Assembly: GCA_045562755.1 (NCBI GenBank)
Contig: JBJKVF010000001.1
Span: forward strand, 46,715 to 110,714
Reading direction: 5' to 3'
From: Dehalococcoidia bacterium
Lineage (GTDB): Bacteria > Chloroflexota > Dehalococcoidia > Lucifugimonadales > Lucifugimonadaceae
Length of the DNA: 64,000 nucleotides
Part shown: positions 1 to 9,296 of the stretch, in pieces
How positions within the stretch are numbered: the stretch's first letter is position 1
Layout: each line of letters starts with the position of its first letter
The notes under the pieces: generated by a model
Databases searched by the model: none
Seen by the model: the letters and a program-made list of their open reading frames with translations, nothing else
Told to the model about the DNA's origin: nothing
Made by a program: the position numbers and the translations under genes

Positions 1-134
1 TAAACATGACTCCACTTGGTAGGTTAGGTTTACCCGAAGATATTGCCTACGGAATACTTTATCTAGCCTCAGACGAATCATCATGGGTAACAGGTACTGA
101 GCTCATAGTAGATGGGGGTGAAACAGCTTGGTAA
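1..134 (+). CDS. 3' end of a short-chain dehydrogenase/reductase (5' part lies outside the window)
   Basis: The frame containing codon 6-8 reads ..[42 protein letters not shown] and stops at TAA 132-134. This is the typical SDR C-terminal segment (LASD.S..TG....VDGG). Confidence 0.8.
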   Translation, partial: NMTPLGRLGLPEDIAYGILYLASDESSWVTGTELIVDGGETAW

Positions 135-146
135 CAATTAGTCTTA

Positions 147-2111
147 TTAATTAAGTAAGGTTATAATACTTTTACCCAGGAATTTTTTATCTCGATTTAG
201 CTTATTTTTTGTAGGATTTTTTATTCCAAAAATCTCAAGAATTGTAGGTCCAATATCATATAGTCTAGCTGGAAAATGGCTTAATTTTGTTTTTTTATTC
301 AAAATTATAGTTGTAAGTATTTCATTAGCGCTATGCGATGAATCAAGATCTTCGATGTTTCCGTGATCTGAGGTGATAATAATGGGAATGTTTTTTGCTT
401 TGGCTGCCTCCAGCATTGAGCGAATTGATTTTTCTACTGATTTATAGGCTATTTTGGCTTCTTCATATTTTTCCGGCATACAATGTCCGATCATGTCAGT
501 TGAAGCAAGATTACAGATTATTAAGTTATGCCCGGTTGATTCAATTGTTGATATCACTTCATCAGTTATCTCATTATTTCTCATTTCTGGGAATAGAAAA
601 AAGTCAGTGTCAGAATTTACGCCATCTGATACGCTATGTGATGGTATAATTTTTCTATATTCTACTGTATCTTCTATTTTTTCTCTTCTGCCCCTAATAA
701 AATATCCAACGTGAGATGCCTTAACGCTTTCTCCTATTAGAGCATATGTTTTATTTTGCGTAAGGCTTTTCCATTGATATAGTAAATTATCATCAAGGGG
801 CTCTGTTTTGTATGCCACCTTTACATGAGATTTTTCCTCAAAATAAGGGTCATACTCAGCTATTGTGCATATATTTAATTTTAGCCCATGTTCCAACCAA
901 TCTGCTTTCCAATTTTTACCTCTATTTTTTGCTTCATTCAGCAAATATTTTTTTGAATCTGACAGCCATGCTGTCTTAATCCTTTGTCGGTCAGACCTAA
1001 AGTTAAGATTTATGAATGAGTCATTAGTATCAATAATTGGAACCTTTTTATTGTTTCTTAGTATTGATATCGGTGGAATACTTTGATCGTTTGTTCCGCT
1101 TAAGTGACAGGATTTAATAAAACTAATTACATCAGAAACACTTTTTGCAGGCTGGAATTTTTTCCCAGTTAAGTGCATGAAGTCAGAATAAGCCGCTTCC
1201 TCTCTGAAGTCTCTATCCATAGCTGATGATCTTCCTACTATCCAGCAAAGGCTTTCAATTGCTTTGTACTTTTCTAGTAAATTTTTTAATTTATATAAAA
1301 AACCTTCCTCCTCATCCGAATTTTTTACGGAACTAAAATTCCCTGAATCTCTACCATCAAGAATAGCCTGCATCTGAAGTTTTTCAGGAGGAAGCTTGTG
1401 TTGAATAAATACTAATTTTAGAAAAGCTTCCAAATGGTTCCATGCGCTATGAACTCTTCCATTCGATCCTTTTGTTCCTGAGAGTAGAAAAGAGAAATTA
1501 ATTTTAGTGTTATTTTGTATAGCTTTATTGATACATGAATTTAGATTAGAGTTTTCGTAAAAACTTTTATTTTTGATAGATTCAGAAATTTCTAAGGGAA
1601 TTTGACTAGCAAGTGATAAATTTCCTATTTGCTGATGTCCAGTTTCCGAATTACCTTGGACTGTTGGTTTAATATCTTCGTATCCAACCCATATTCCTGA
1701 TGCTTTAGTTGGAATGGAGTAATTATTATTTCTAATTTCTGCCAAATTGTCACACTTAGAGGCCCATGGAACATATTTATATTCTTCTGAAATGTCATAT
1801 ATTTTTTTATTTATTTTATTTAAAAGAGATTTTGGGAATTCTGAACGTATATTAACAATTTTTTCTAGATTATTATTCATAAAATCTAATGTGTGATTTT
1901 CATCAAAAACTTCAGAAGAAATTGGGTACAATGGAGCAAGATATAAATTTTCATCTAGATTATTTTTATTATACAAATATAGAAGTTCACTTTTTTCTAT
2001 AGAAGATAAATTGTCCCATACTTTAACTATTATTTTTTTTGATGTGGTTGGGTTAAATCCAAGTCCATCTATAATAATTAGTAGTAATCTATTGTCGTTA
2101 TTTTTTTGCAA
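147..2111 (-). CDS. gpmI: Cofactor-independent phosphoglycerate mutase-like enzyme (alkaline-phosphatase superfamily), unusually long at 654 aa
   Basis: iPGM-like motifs occur in the expected order: LLLIIIDGLG, GNSETGHQQIG, LLSGTKGSNGRVHS, ILDGRDS, GRSSAMDRD, NFRSDR, STDMIGH, TSDHGN. About 100 extra residues lie between the first DG motif and the ASG/GNSE motif. Confidence 0.65.
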   Translation of the reverse strand: MQKNNDNRLLLIIIDGLGFNPTTSKKIIVKVWDNLSSIEKSELLYLYNKNNLDENLYLAPLYPISSEVFDENHTLDFMNNNLEKIVNIRSEFPKSLLNKINKKIYDISEEYKYVPWASKCDNLAEIRNNNYSIPTKASGIWVGYEDIKPTVQGNSETGHQQIGNLSLASQIPLEISESIKNKSFYENSNLNSCINKAIQNNTKINFSFLLSGTKGSNGRVHSAWNHLEAFLKLVFIQHKLPPEKLQMQAILDGRDSGNFSSVKNSDEEEGFLYKLKNLLEKYKAIESLCWIVGRSSAMDRDFREEAAYSDFMHLTGKKFQPAKSVSDVISFIKSCHLSGTNDQSIPPISILRNNKKVPIIDTNDSFINLNFRSDRQRIKTAWLSDSKKYLLNEAKNRGKNWKADWLEHGLKLNICTIAEYDPYFEEKSHVKVAYKTEPLDDNLLYQWKSLTQNKTYALIGESVKASHVGYFIRGRREKIEDTVEYRKIIPSHSVSDGVNSDTDFFLFPEMRNNEITDEVISTIESTGHNLIICNLASTDMIGHCMPEKYEEAKIAYKSVEKSIRSMLEAAKAKNIPIIITSDHGNIEDLDSSHSANEILTTIILNKKTKLSHFPARLYDIGPTILEIFGIKNPTKNKLNRDKKFLGKSIITLLN

Positions 2112-2127
2112 TATAGTTGTCTTTCAG

Positions 2128-2703
2128 TTATTTGGAATCAAGAATTTTTATATAAGATATATTCTGAATATTTAATGAGTTTTTATTTATTTCTAAAGCA
2201 TAATTATACATTTTTTTTGGCTTGTAATTCACGGATTCTGATCTACATTTATTTTTATACTCAGTATACGAGATTTTTTCATAATTATTACATGGCTTCA
2301 TTTTTTTAAAATCTACGATGTATAATTTATCATCATTTTTTACAAGGTATAAAATATCTACAGGGAAATTAACATTAAACATCCAAAAACCAATATTTTG
2401 CTCTGCTTGAAATTTAAATAGCATGCCTGATGACTCAGTGATTTCTTTCCTGCACATTAGACCAGTAGATATTTCTTTGTGCTCATCCGCAAGCTCAGTG
2501 GACAAAACTTTACTAGAATTGTTAATAAAAAAAACTTCTACTTTTATTTTTTCAAAAACTGTACCATCCCAATTTTCGCAGTTGATAGGATAATTTTCTT
2601 GTGTTGGAATTACGTTCTCGGTAGTATTTTTAGACCTTGAACAAGAAATTAAAACTACAAAAATCAATAATGCTATGATTGCTGTGATTCTTATGTTTTT
2701 CAT
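2128..2703 (-). CDS. DUF192-family lipoprotein
   Basis: Signal peptide with lipobox (VLISC). The core GLMCRKEITESSGMLFKF...FWMFNVNFPVDILYL resembles the DUF192 signature (GLM.r..l....GMLF....fWM.n...PLDi.f). Confidence 0.6.
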   Translation of the reverse strand: MKNIRITAIIALLIFVVLISCSRSKNTTENVIPTQENYPINCENWDGTVFEKIKVEVFFINNSSKVLSTELADEHKEISTGLMCRKEITESSGMLFKFQAEQNIGFWMFNVNFPVDILYLVKNDDKLYIVDFKKMKPCNNYEKISYTEYKNKCRSESVNYKPKKMYNYALEINKNSLNIQNISYIKILDSK

Positions 2704-2706
2704 AAA

Positions 2707-3825
2707 TTATTTTCTAGGATCTACTAATTTCGTAGGCTTATCAACAGATCTCTCTCTCATTCTATTGAGGTTGTATGCTAATCCTAGGCCTGGTGAATCA
2801 GGTACTTGAATTGAACCATCAATTGGTTCAAACTCTTCGTCTAAAATAGAATCATTATCCTTAATAGATACTTTTTCAATATTATATTCTTGAAAATATG
2901 GATAGTTATTACTAGTTGAAATTATGTGTGCATGAGCAGCGGTAGAGCCATAAGGTTGTGTATTATGAGTTGTTAGAATAGCATTTTTAGATGTAAGAGC
3001 ACTTTCTATTCTTAAATGTTCAGTTATTCCTCCTACCTTAACGACATCGGGTTGCATAATATCTGGCTTACCATATTTCAGTAATCTCATATGTTCCCAT
3101 CTTGTAAATGCATTTTCTCCAGCAGCAATTGGAATATCTAATTTTTCTGATACTCTTGATAGACCTTCCATATCTTTCATAGATTTTACTGGTTCTTCAA
3201 AATGAAAAACATTTAAATCCTCTAATTGTTTACCTATTTCTATAGCATGAGATACAGAGTAAGCGCCATTAACATCTACCATAATTTCTATTTGATTTCC
3301 AAGTTCTTTCCTAATCTCTTTTACAGTATTTATTGTATTATCATTGTCTATGTCATCTATTTTTGAAGGGTTAGCTGAGTGCATTTTGTAAGCCTTGAAA
3401 CCTTGGTCTAAAAACTTCCCAACTCTAATAGCCTCCTCTTTTGGAGTAAGATCTCTTCTAAGAGAACTTGCATATAAAGAAATTTTGTCCTTTTGTTTAC
3501 CACCTATTAGTTTATTTATAGGTTCTTGATGTACTTTCCCTTTAATATCCCACAATGCAATATCAACCCCAGATGCTGCAGTTAATAAAGTGCCAAGAGG
3601 GCCCATAGTAGCTCCAGAATTAAGCATGTCATCCCATATTTCATTATTTTTAAAAGGGGATTTTCCAATTACTAAGGGAGCAAAAACAGTCTCTACAACA
3701 GCCTTAGTGACGTAGGGGGCTCTTCTAAAACATTCTCCAAATCCAATTATTCCTTCATCAGTGTTTATTATGACATAAGGATATTGTTCATCTAAAACTA
3801 AACACTCAACAGAAACTACTTTCAT
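2707..3825 (-). CDS. Enolase-superfamily enzyme (mandelate racemase/muconate lactonizing family)
   Basis: Motifs DIALWDIKGK, MVDVNGAYS, FHFEEP, IAAGEN and MQPD (the metal-ligand and barrel motifs of the MR/MLE family). The 4-nt overlap with ispH suggests co-translation. Confidence 0.8.
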   Translation of the reverse strand: MKVVSVECLVLDEQYPYVIINTDEGIIGFGECFRRAPYVTKAVVETVFAPLVIGKSPFKNNEIWDDMLNSGATMGPLGTLLTAASGVDIALWDIKGKVHQEPINKLIGGKQKDKISLYASSLRRDLTPKEEAIRVGKFLDQGFKAYKMHSANPSKIDDIDNDNTINTVKEIRKELGNQIEIMVDVNGAYSVSHAIEIGKQLEDLNVFHFEEPVKSMKDMEGLSRVSEKLDIPIAAGENAFTRWEHMRLLKYGKPDIMQPDVVKVGGITEHLRIESALTSKNAILTTHNTQPYGSTAAHAHIISTSNNYPYFQEYNIEKVSIKDNDSILDEEFEPIDGSIQVPDSPGLGLAYNLNRMRERSVDKPTKLVDPRK

Positions 3826-4745
3826 GAACTTTCCTCAGAAAAAACTTCTTTTACTTTTTTTGGAAGAGAAAAAATTGTTTTTCTTTCTCCAGGTCCCACA
3901 TCATGTATTTTTTTTGGATTGAGAGCTTTAATTACAGACTGAACTTGTTTTTCGGGTGTAGATGCTCCTGAGGTTATTCCAATTTTATTAACATTTTTTA
4001 GCCAATTTAAATCTAATTCCTCAGGGCCATTAATCAAGTAGGCAGGTACTCCTTTTTTCAAGGCTACATCTCTTAGTCTATTGCAGTTAGAGCTATTTCT
4101 AGCACCTATCACTAATACTAGCTCTGTTATATCTGCTAACTCAATAGCTGCTTGTTGGCGATTAGTTGTGGCATAGCAGATATCATTTCTAACAATAGCA
4201 TTAGGGTTAGATTCTAAAATTTTTTTTATAGTTTTTGACGTGTCATCAACTGATAAAGTTGTTTGGGTAAGTACTGCCACTTGGTCATTTCTTTCATATT
4301 TTGGTAGAACCCATTCATCTCGATCATCAATAAGATCCATATCAGATTGACCAGTAGTCCCTATTACTTCTTGATGTCCTTTATGACCAACAAGAATAAT
4401 CTTTTTTCCTTCTTTTTTATATTTTTTTGCCTCATTATGTACTCTAGTAACTAAGGGGCATGTAGCATCAATAACAGTTAAGTTTTTCTTTTTAGCTTTA
4501 TTGTAATCTTCAGGCGGTGATCCATGTGCGCTAAATACAACTACTGAGTTATCAGGAACTTGATTAACTTGCTCGACAGTTATTGCTCCCATTTTTTCAA
4601 CATCATCAACTACTTTTGGATTGTGTACTATCTGGTGTTTGACATAAACAGGTTTTCCATATTTTTCTATGGCAATTTTAACTATATCAACAGCTAGATC
4701 TACTCCTGCACAAAAACCTCTTGGTTTAGCTAGATATACTTCCAT
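3822..4745 (-). CDS. ispH: 4-hydroxy-3-methylbut-2-enyl diphosphate reductase
   Basis: N-terminus KPRGFCAGVDLAV. Three cluster cysteines in typical contexts (FCAGV, ATCPLV, DICYAT). Length 307 aa. Confidence 0.9.
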   Translation of the reverse strand: MEVYLAKPRGFCAGVDLAVDIVKIAIEKYGKPVYVKHQIVHNPKVVDDVEKMGAITVEQVNQVPDNSVVVFSAHGSPPEDYNKAKKKNLTVIDATCPLVTRVHNEAKKYKKEGKKIILVGHKGHQEVIGTTGQSDMDLIDDRDEWVLPKYERNDQVAVLTQTTLSVDDTSKTIKKILESNPNAIVRNDICYATTNRQQAAIELADITELVLVIGARNSSNCNRLRDVALKKGVPAYLINGPEELDLNWLKNVNKIGITSGASTPEKQVQSVIKALNPKKIHDVGPGERKTIFSLPKKVKEVFSEESS

Positions 4746-4908
4746 AATTTCCTTTTAAATATAAATTTATTATAGTTGAATTTTAAACTTTATTTTCAAT
4801 TTAGTATATGGGTGAGTTTATTGTTTTACATTAATTTCTATAAATGATAGATTAAATATTGTCAGTGATTTCATCAGTTAAAGATTTTTTTAGTGCGAGG
4901 TAATAATA

Positions 4909-5865
4909 ATGAATGGATTTAATGGGAAGCCTGTAATTTTTTCCGGTAATTCTCATAATATTTTGGTTGAGGATATTTGTAAATATTTGGATCAAGATGT
5001 TGGAAAAATTGAAGTTTTTAAATTTGCCAATGATAATACTTTTGTGAAAATATTAGAAAATGTCCGGCAAAAAGATGTTTTTATACTCCAATCTACAGTT
5101 GAGCCTGTTAATGATAACATTATGGAATTACTCATTATGATTGATGCTGCTAAACGAGCTTCTGCAGGTAGAATAACTGCTGTAGTACCATTTTATAGCT
5201 ATGCCAGAACAGATAAGAAAGATCAACCTAGAGTACCCATTACTGGAAGACTAGTTGCTGATTTGCTTGAAACAGCCGGAGCAGATAGAGTTGTGATGGT
5301 TGATTTGCATGCAGGGCAAGTACAAGGATTTTTTAAGGTACCTGTTGATGAATTAACGGCAATGCCTAACTTAGTAAAATATTTTAAGAAAAAGGATATA
5401 CAGAATTCTGTGGTCGTAGCTACTGATATTGGCATTTCCAAAAAAGCTCGTGATTTTGCAAATTGGATTAATGTGCCACTAGCAATTGTTGAAAAAAGAA
5501 GAATGGGAAATAACGATAAAGTGCAAAGTTTAAATGTTATTGGAGAAGTTAACTCTAAAAATATAATATTATTTGATGATGAAATTAGTAGTGGGGGGAC
5601 AATGATAGCAGCTGCTGAAGCTATTCACAAGGCTGGTGGAAAGGATATATATGCTGTTGCTACTCATGGAGTATTACCGGGTGATTCAGCTAGCAAATTA
5701 GTAAAAAATAAATATATAAAAGAATTTGTTGTAACTGATACGGTTCCTATACCTTCCAATAAAATGAATAAAAAAATTAAAATTATATCAATTGCCCCTT
5801 TATTGGGTGAAGCTATAAGAAGAATTCATGAAGGTCAATCAGTAGGACAGCTATTTACCCATTAA
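4909..5865 (+). CDS. prs: Ribose-phosphate pyrophosphokinase
   Basis: Motifs DLHAGQVQGFF and the PRPP loop ILFDDEISSGGT. Length 318 aa. Confidence 0.92.
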   Translation: MNGFNGKPVIFSGNSHNILVEDICKYLDQDVGKIEVFKFANDNTFVKILENVRQKDVFILQSTVEPVNDNIMELLIMIDAAKRASAGRITAVVPFYSYARTDKKDQPRVPITGRLVADLLETAGADRVVMVDLHAGQVQGFFKVPVDELTAMPNLVKYFKKKDIQNSVVVATDIGISKKARDFANWINVPLAIVEKRRMGNNDKVQSLNVIGEVNSKNIILFDDEISSGGTMIAAAEAIHKAGGKDIYAVATHGVLPGDSASKLVKNKYIKEFVVTDTVPIPSNKMNKKIKIISIAPLLGEAIRRIHEGQSVGQLFTH

Positions 5866-5922
5866 TCTTTTTAATTAAAAATAATTACAACACGTTAAAT
5901 ATTTTTCATTTACAATAATAAT

Positions 5923-8544
5923 ATGTTTAATATATTAAATAAATTATTAGGTGACTCTAATGAAAAAGCATTAGAAAAACTTAATCCTATTTTAGATAAA
6001 GTTAATAGTCTAGAAGAAAAATTTAATTCATTAACCGAAAATGAACTAAAAAATTATACAAATAAATTAAGATCAGACTTTGAAGAAGAATCATCTTTAG
6101 ATAATATTTTACCTGAAGCCTTTTCATTAGTTAGAGAGGCAGCAAAAAGAGTCCTAGGTATGAGACATTTTGATGTGCAAATCATAGGCGGTATTATACT
6201 GCATCAAGGAAAAATTGCTGAAATGAGAACGGGAGAAGGTAAAACATTAGTAGCTACTTTACCAACTTATCTAAACGCATTGACAGGGGAGGGTGTTCAT
6301 GTAATTACGGTAAATGATTACTTAGCTAAAAGAGATGCTGAATGGATGGGAAAAATTTATCAATTTTTAGGATTATCAGTTGGTTGCCTGCAAAATAATA
6401 AATCATATATATTAATTTCTGATGAACCTAAAGCTGACTTAGAAGTAGAAGGTTCTTTTTATTTATGTACTAGAAAACAAGCCTATGAATGTGATATTAC
6501 ATACGGTACAAATAATGAATTTGGCTTTGATTATCTTAGAGATAATATGGTTGAAAATTATGATCATAAAGTTCAGAAATCTAGAAATTTTGCAATAGTA
6601 GATGAAGTAGATAATATACTTATTGATGAAGCTAGAACACCACTAATAATTTCAGGTCCAGCTAAAGAACAAACAGGCGAATATAAAAGATTTGCAAGAT
6701 TAGCCAAAAGATTACAGAATGGTAGAGATTTTGAAATAGAGGAAAAGAGAAAAAATATTTCCTTAACAGAAATTGGTATAAAAAATATTGAGGATATCTT
6801 AGGCATAAATAATCTATATTCTCCTGAAAATAATGTATTATCTCATTTTGCTGAAAACTCTATAAGGGCTGAATTTGTTTATGAAAAAAACAGGGAATAT
6901 GTATTACAAAATAACCAAATAATTATTGTAGATGAGTTCACAGGCAGATTAATGAGTGGTAGAAGGTTTTCTGATGGTTTGCATCAAGCTTTAGAGGCAA
7001 AAGAAAATGTATCAATACAAAGAGAATCCATTACATATGCTACTATAACTTTGCAAAATTATTTTAGAATGTATGCAAAGTTGTCAGGTATGACTGGAAC
7101 TGCAAGTACAGAAGCAGAAGAAATGGAAAAAATTTATGGTCTAGAAGTTATAGAAATACCTACTAATAAAGAAAGTCAAAGAGTTGACCATGGTGATTTT
7201 ATATATATAAATGAAAATGCTAAGTGGAATGCAATAGTAGAAAAAGTTAGAGAATTAAATAAGTTTTCAAGGCCTATTTTGATAGGTACCACAACAATAG
7301 AAAAATCTGAACATTTATCTAATCTGCTAAAAAAAAGTAATATTTCTCATAATGTTCTTAATGCTAAATTTCACGAAAAAGAAGCAGAAATTATTGAAGA
7401 AGCTGGTATGCCTGGATCTGTTACTGTTGCAACTAATATGGCTGGAAGAGGAACAGACATTATTCTTGGTGGTAAACCCGATAATGAAAAAATTTCAGAT
7501 GAAGAATGGGAAAAAAATCATAATTTTGTTGTTCAAAATGGAGGTTTATTTGTCATTGGTACGGAGAGGCATGAATCTAGAAGAATTGATAATCAACTTA
7601 GAGGAAGATGTGGTAGGCAGGGAGACCCTGGCGAAACTCAATTTTATCTTTCTACTGAAGATGAAGTTGTTAAGAGATTCGGTGGAGATAGAATAAAGGG
7701 CGCTATGAATCTGTTTCGCTGGGAAGAAAATATTCCAATTGAAAATAGGATTATTTCGAAATCAGTAGAAACAGCACAAACTAAAGTTGAAGCTCAAAAT
7801 TTTGAGATAAGGAAATATCTGGTTGATTACGATGATGTTATGAACACTCAAAGAGATGTTATCTACAAACTTAGAGACCAAGCATTGTCTGGCGCAAATA
7901 TTGAGGAAATACTAATTAATTATTTGAAAGAAGAAATAGATATATTAGTTAATGAAATGAATGAACTAGATTCAAATTTCTATAGAGATATAACTAGGAT
8001 TATTCCAGCTGGCGAGATTAGCCAGGAAGAAATTCAAACTAATTCAGAGAACAAAGAAGATTTGAAACTATTTTTATATAAATTTTCTGAAAAACTATTT
8101 TTATCAAGAAAAGAAAATATTGGCAAAGAAATAATTATTAGATTCTCTAAAGCTGTTTTATTAAAATCTATAGATGAAAATTGGGTTGAACATTTGACTT
8201 CTATGGACAATATGAGGCAGGGTATTGGACTAGAAGCAGCAGGCCAAAGAGATCCGTTAGTTGCTTACAAAAGAACAGGTTTTGCTATGTTTACAAACTT
8301 AAACGATACTATAAGAAGTAGTGTAAGTATGTTGGTTTTTAATGCTTCTGAATTTGGGAATAAAAGTAATAGAGTAAGTCAGTTAGCTAATGAGCCATCA
8401 GTTATGGAGAATGCAAATACCACTAGACAATCTTCACATGTTTCAAGTCTTTCTAATATTCCAACCCACTCCGATACAGGAAGAAAATTATCACGCTCTG
8501 AAAGAAGAAAAATTGAAAGAGACCAGAGAAAAAACAAAAAATAA
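5923..8544 (+). CDS. secA: Preprotein translocase ATPase SecA
   Basis: Motifs MRHFDVQIIGG, Walker A MRTGEGKTLVATLP, DEAD-like IVDEVDNILIDEARTPLIISG, GRGTDI and RGRCGRQGDPG. The C-terminus is a basic tail without the usual Cys-rich zinc motif. Confidence 0.95.
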   Translation: MFNILNKLLGDSNEKALEKLNPILDKVNSLEEKFNSLTENELKNYTNKLRSDFEEESSLDNILPEAFSLVREAAKRVLGMRHFDVQIIGGIILHQGKIAEMRTGEGKTLVATLPTYLNALTGEGVHVITVNDYLAKRDAEWMGKIYQFLGLSVGCLQNNKSYILISDEPKADLEVEGSFYLCTRKQAYECDITYGTNNEFGFDYLRDNMVENYDHKVQKSRNFAIVDEVDNILIDEARTPLIISGPAKEQTGEYKRFARLAKRLQNGRDFEIEEKRKNISLTEIGIKNIEDILGINNLYSPENNVLSHFAENSIRAEFVYEKNREYVLQNNQIIIVDEFTGRLMSGRRFSDGLHQALEAKENVSIQRESITYATITLQNYFRMYAKLSGMTGTASTEAEEMEKIYGLEVIEIPTNKESQRVDHGDFIYINENAKWNAIVEKVRELNKFSRPILIGTTTIEKSEHLSNLLKKSNISHNVLNAKFHEKEAEIIEEAGMPGSVTVATNMAGRGTDIILGGKPDNEKISDEEWEKNHNFVVQNGGLFVIGTERHESRRIDNQLRGRCGRQGDPGETQFYLSTEDEVVKRFGGDRIKGAMNLFRWEENIPIENRIISKSVETAQTKVEAQNFEIRKYLVDYDDVMNTQRDVIYKLRDQALSGANIEEILINYLKEEIDILVNEMNELDSNFYRDITRIIPAGEISQEEIQTNSENKEDLKLFLYKFSEKLFLSRKENIGKEIIIRFSKAVLLKSIDENWVEHLTSMDNMRQGIGLEAAGQRDPLVAYKRTGFAMFTNLNDTIRSSVSMLVFNASEFGNKSNRVSQLANEPSVMENANTTRQSSHVSSLSNIPTHSDTGRKLSRSERRKIERDQRKNKK

Positions 8545-9256
8545 TGAGTTAATATATTTATCTGATCAAAAAAAGATTGAAAAAGATATTTTTCAACTTG
8601 ATAACAATATTAGTAAAGATTATAAAAACTGGAAAAAAATATTATTTGATTTAATAAGTGGCTGGAGCCTATCTAAAGAAAAATTTTCAACCAATCAAAT
8701 AAATTATCTTATAGGTGGAGAGGCATTTAATTGGAAAACATTAGCAGTAAGAATCGCTAGTCAATCAAAATATTTATCCGTAAATGAAAAATTTTGGAAA
8801 TGGATAATAGAATCAGACTATGATGGAGGTATACCAGAAAAAGAATTGAAAGATTTTCTTGGCTATGAAAAATATAGAGCGCACTTGTCATACTTTTATG
8901 GAGTTATTGTAGAACAAGCGCTTATTTCATCAGTTGAAGATTCACAGATTAAAAAAATAATATCCGCAGGTATATTGACTAATGAAGAAGAAATTAACTC
9001 TGTTTATACTAATATTTATGGTGATACAAGGGAGCATCTTTGGCAAATATTTAGAATGGAATATCAAATAGATATATTAAATACATCTTTCACTATTAGT
9101 GATGATGAATCATTTATATATTGGTTATTTAAATTAAGGTTGCAAAATTCAGATCCAGCAAGGATAGCAAGTGATACAAAACGAGGTTTAATAAAACTAG
9201 AACAAATTAAAAATAGTCAAATATTAAGAAATAAAATCAGTAATAGTAAAAATTAA
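8513..9256 (+). CDS. Hypothetical protein (start uncertain)
   Basis: The ORF runs 8390-9256 in a frame that overlaps the secA 3' end. No ATG/GTG/TTG occurs in frame after the secA stop (8542-8544). Candidate starts are ATG 8390, 8411 and 8438 and TTG 8513; I chose TTG 8513 because it gives the smallest overlap (32 nt). I recognise no family motif. Confidence 0.4.
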   Translation: MKETREKTKNNELIYLSDQKKIEKDIFQLDNNISKDYKNWKKILFDLISGWSLSKEKFSTNQINYLIGGEAFNWKTLAVRIASQSKYLSVNEKFWKWIIESDYDGGIPEKELKDFLGYEKYRAHLSYFYGVIVEQALISSVEDSQIKKIISAGILTNEEEINSVYTNIYGDTREHLWQIFRMEYQIDILNTSFTISDDESFIYWLFKLRLQNSDPARIASDTKRGLIKLEQIKNSQILRNKISNSKN

Positions 9257-9296
9257 TAAATATAATATATAAATTATAAATTTACAAACCAAGCTA

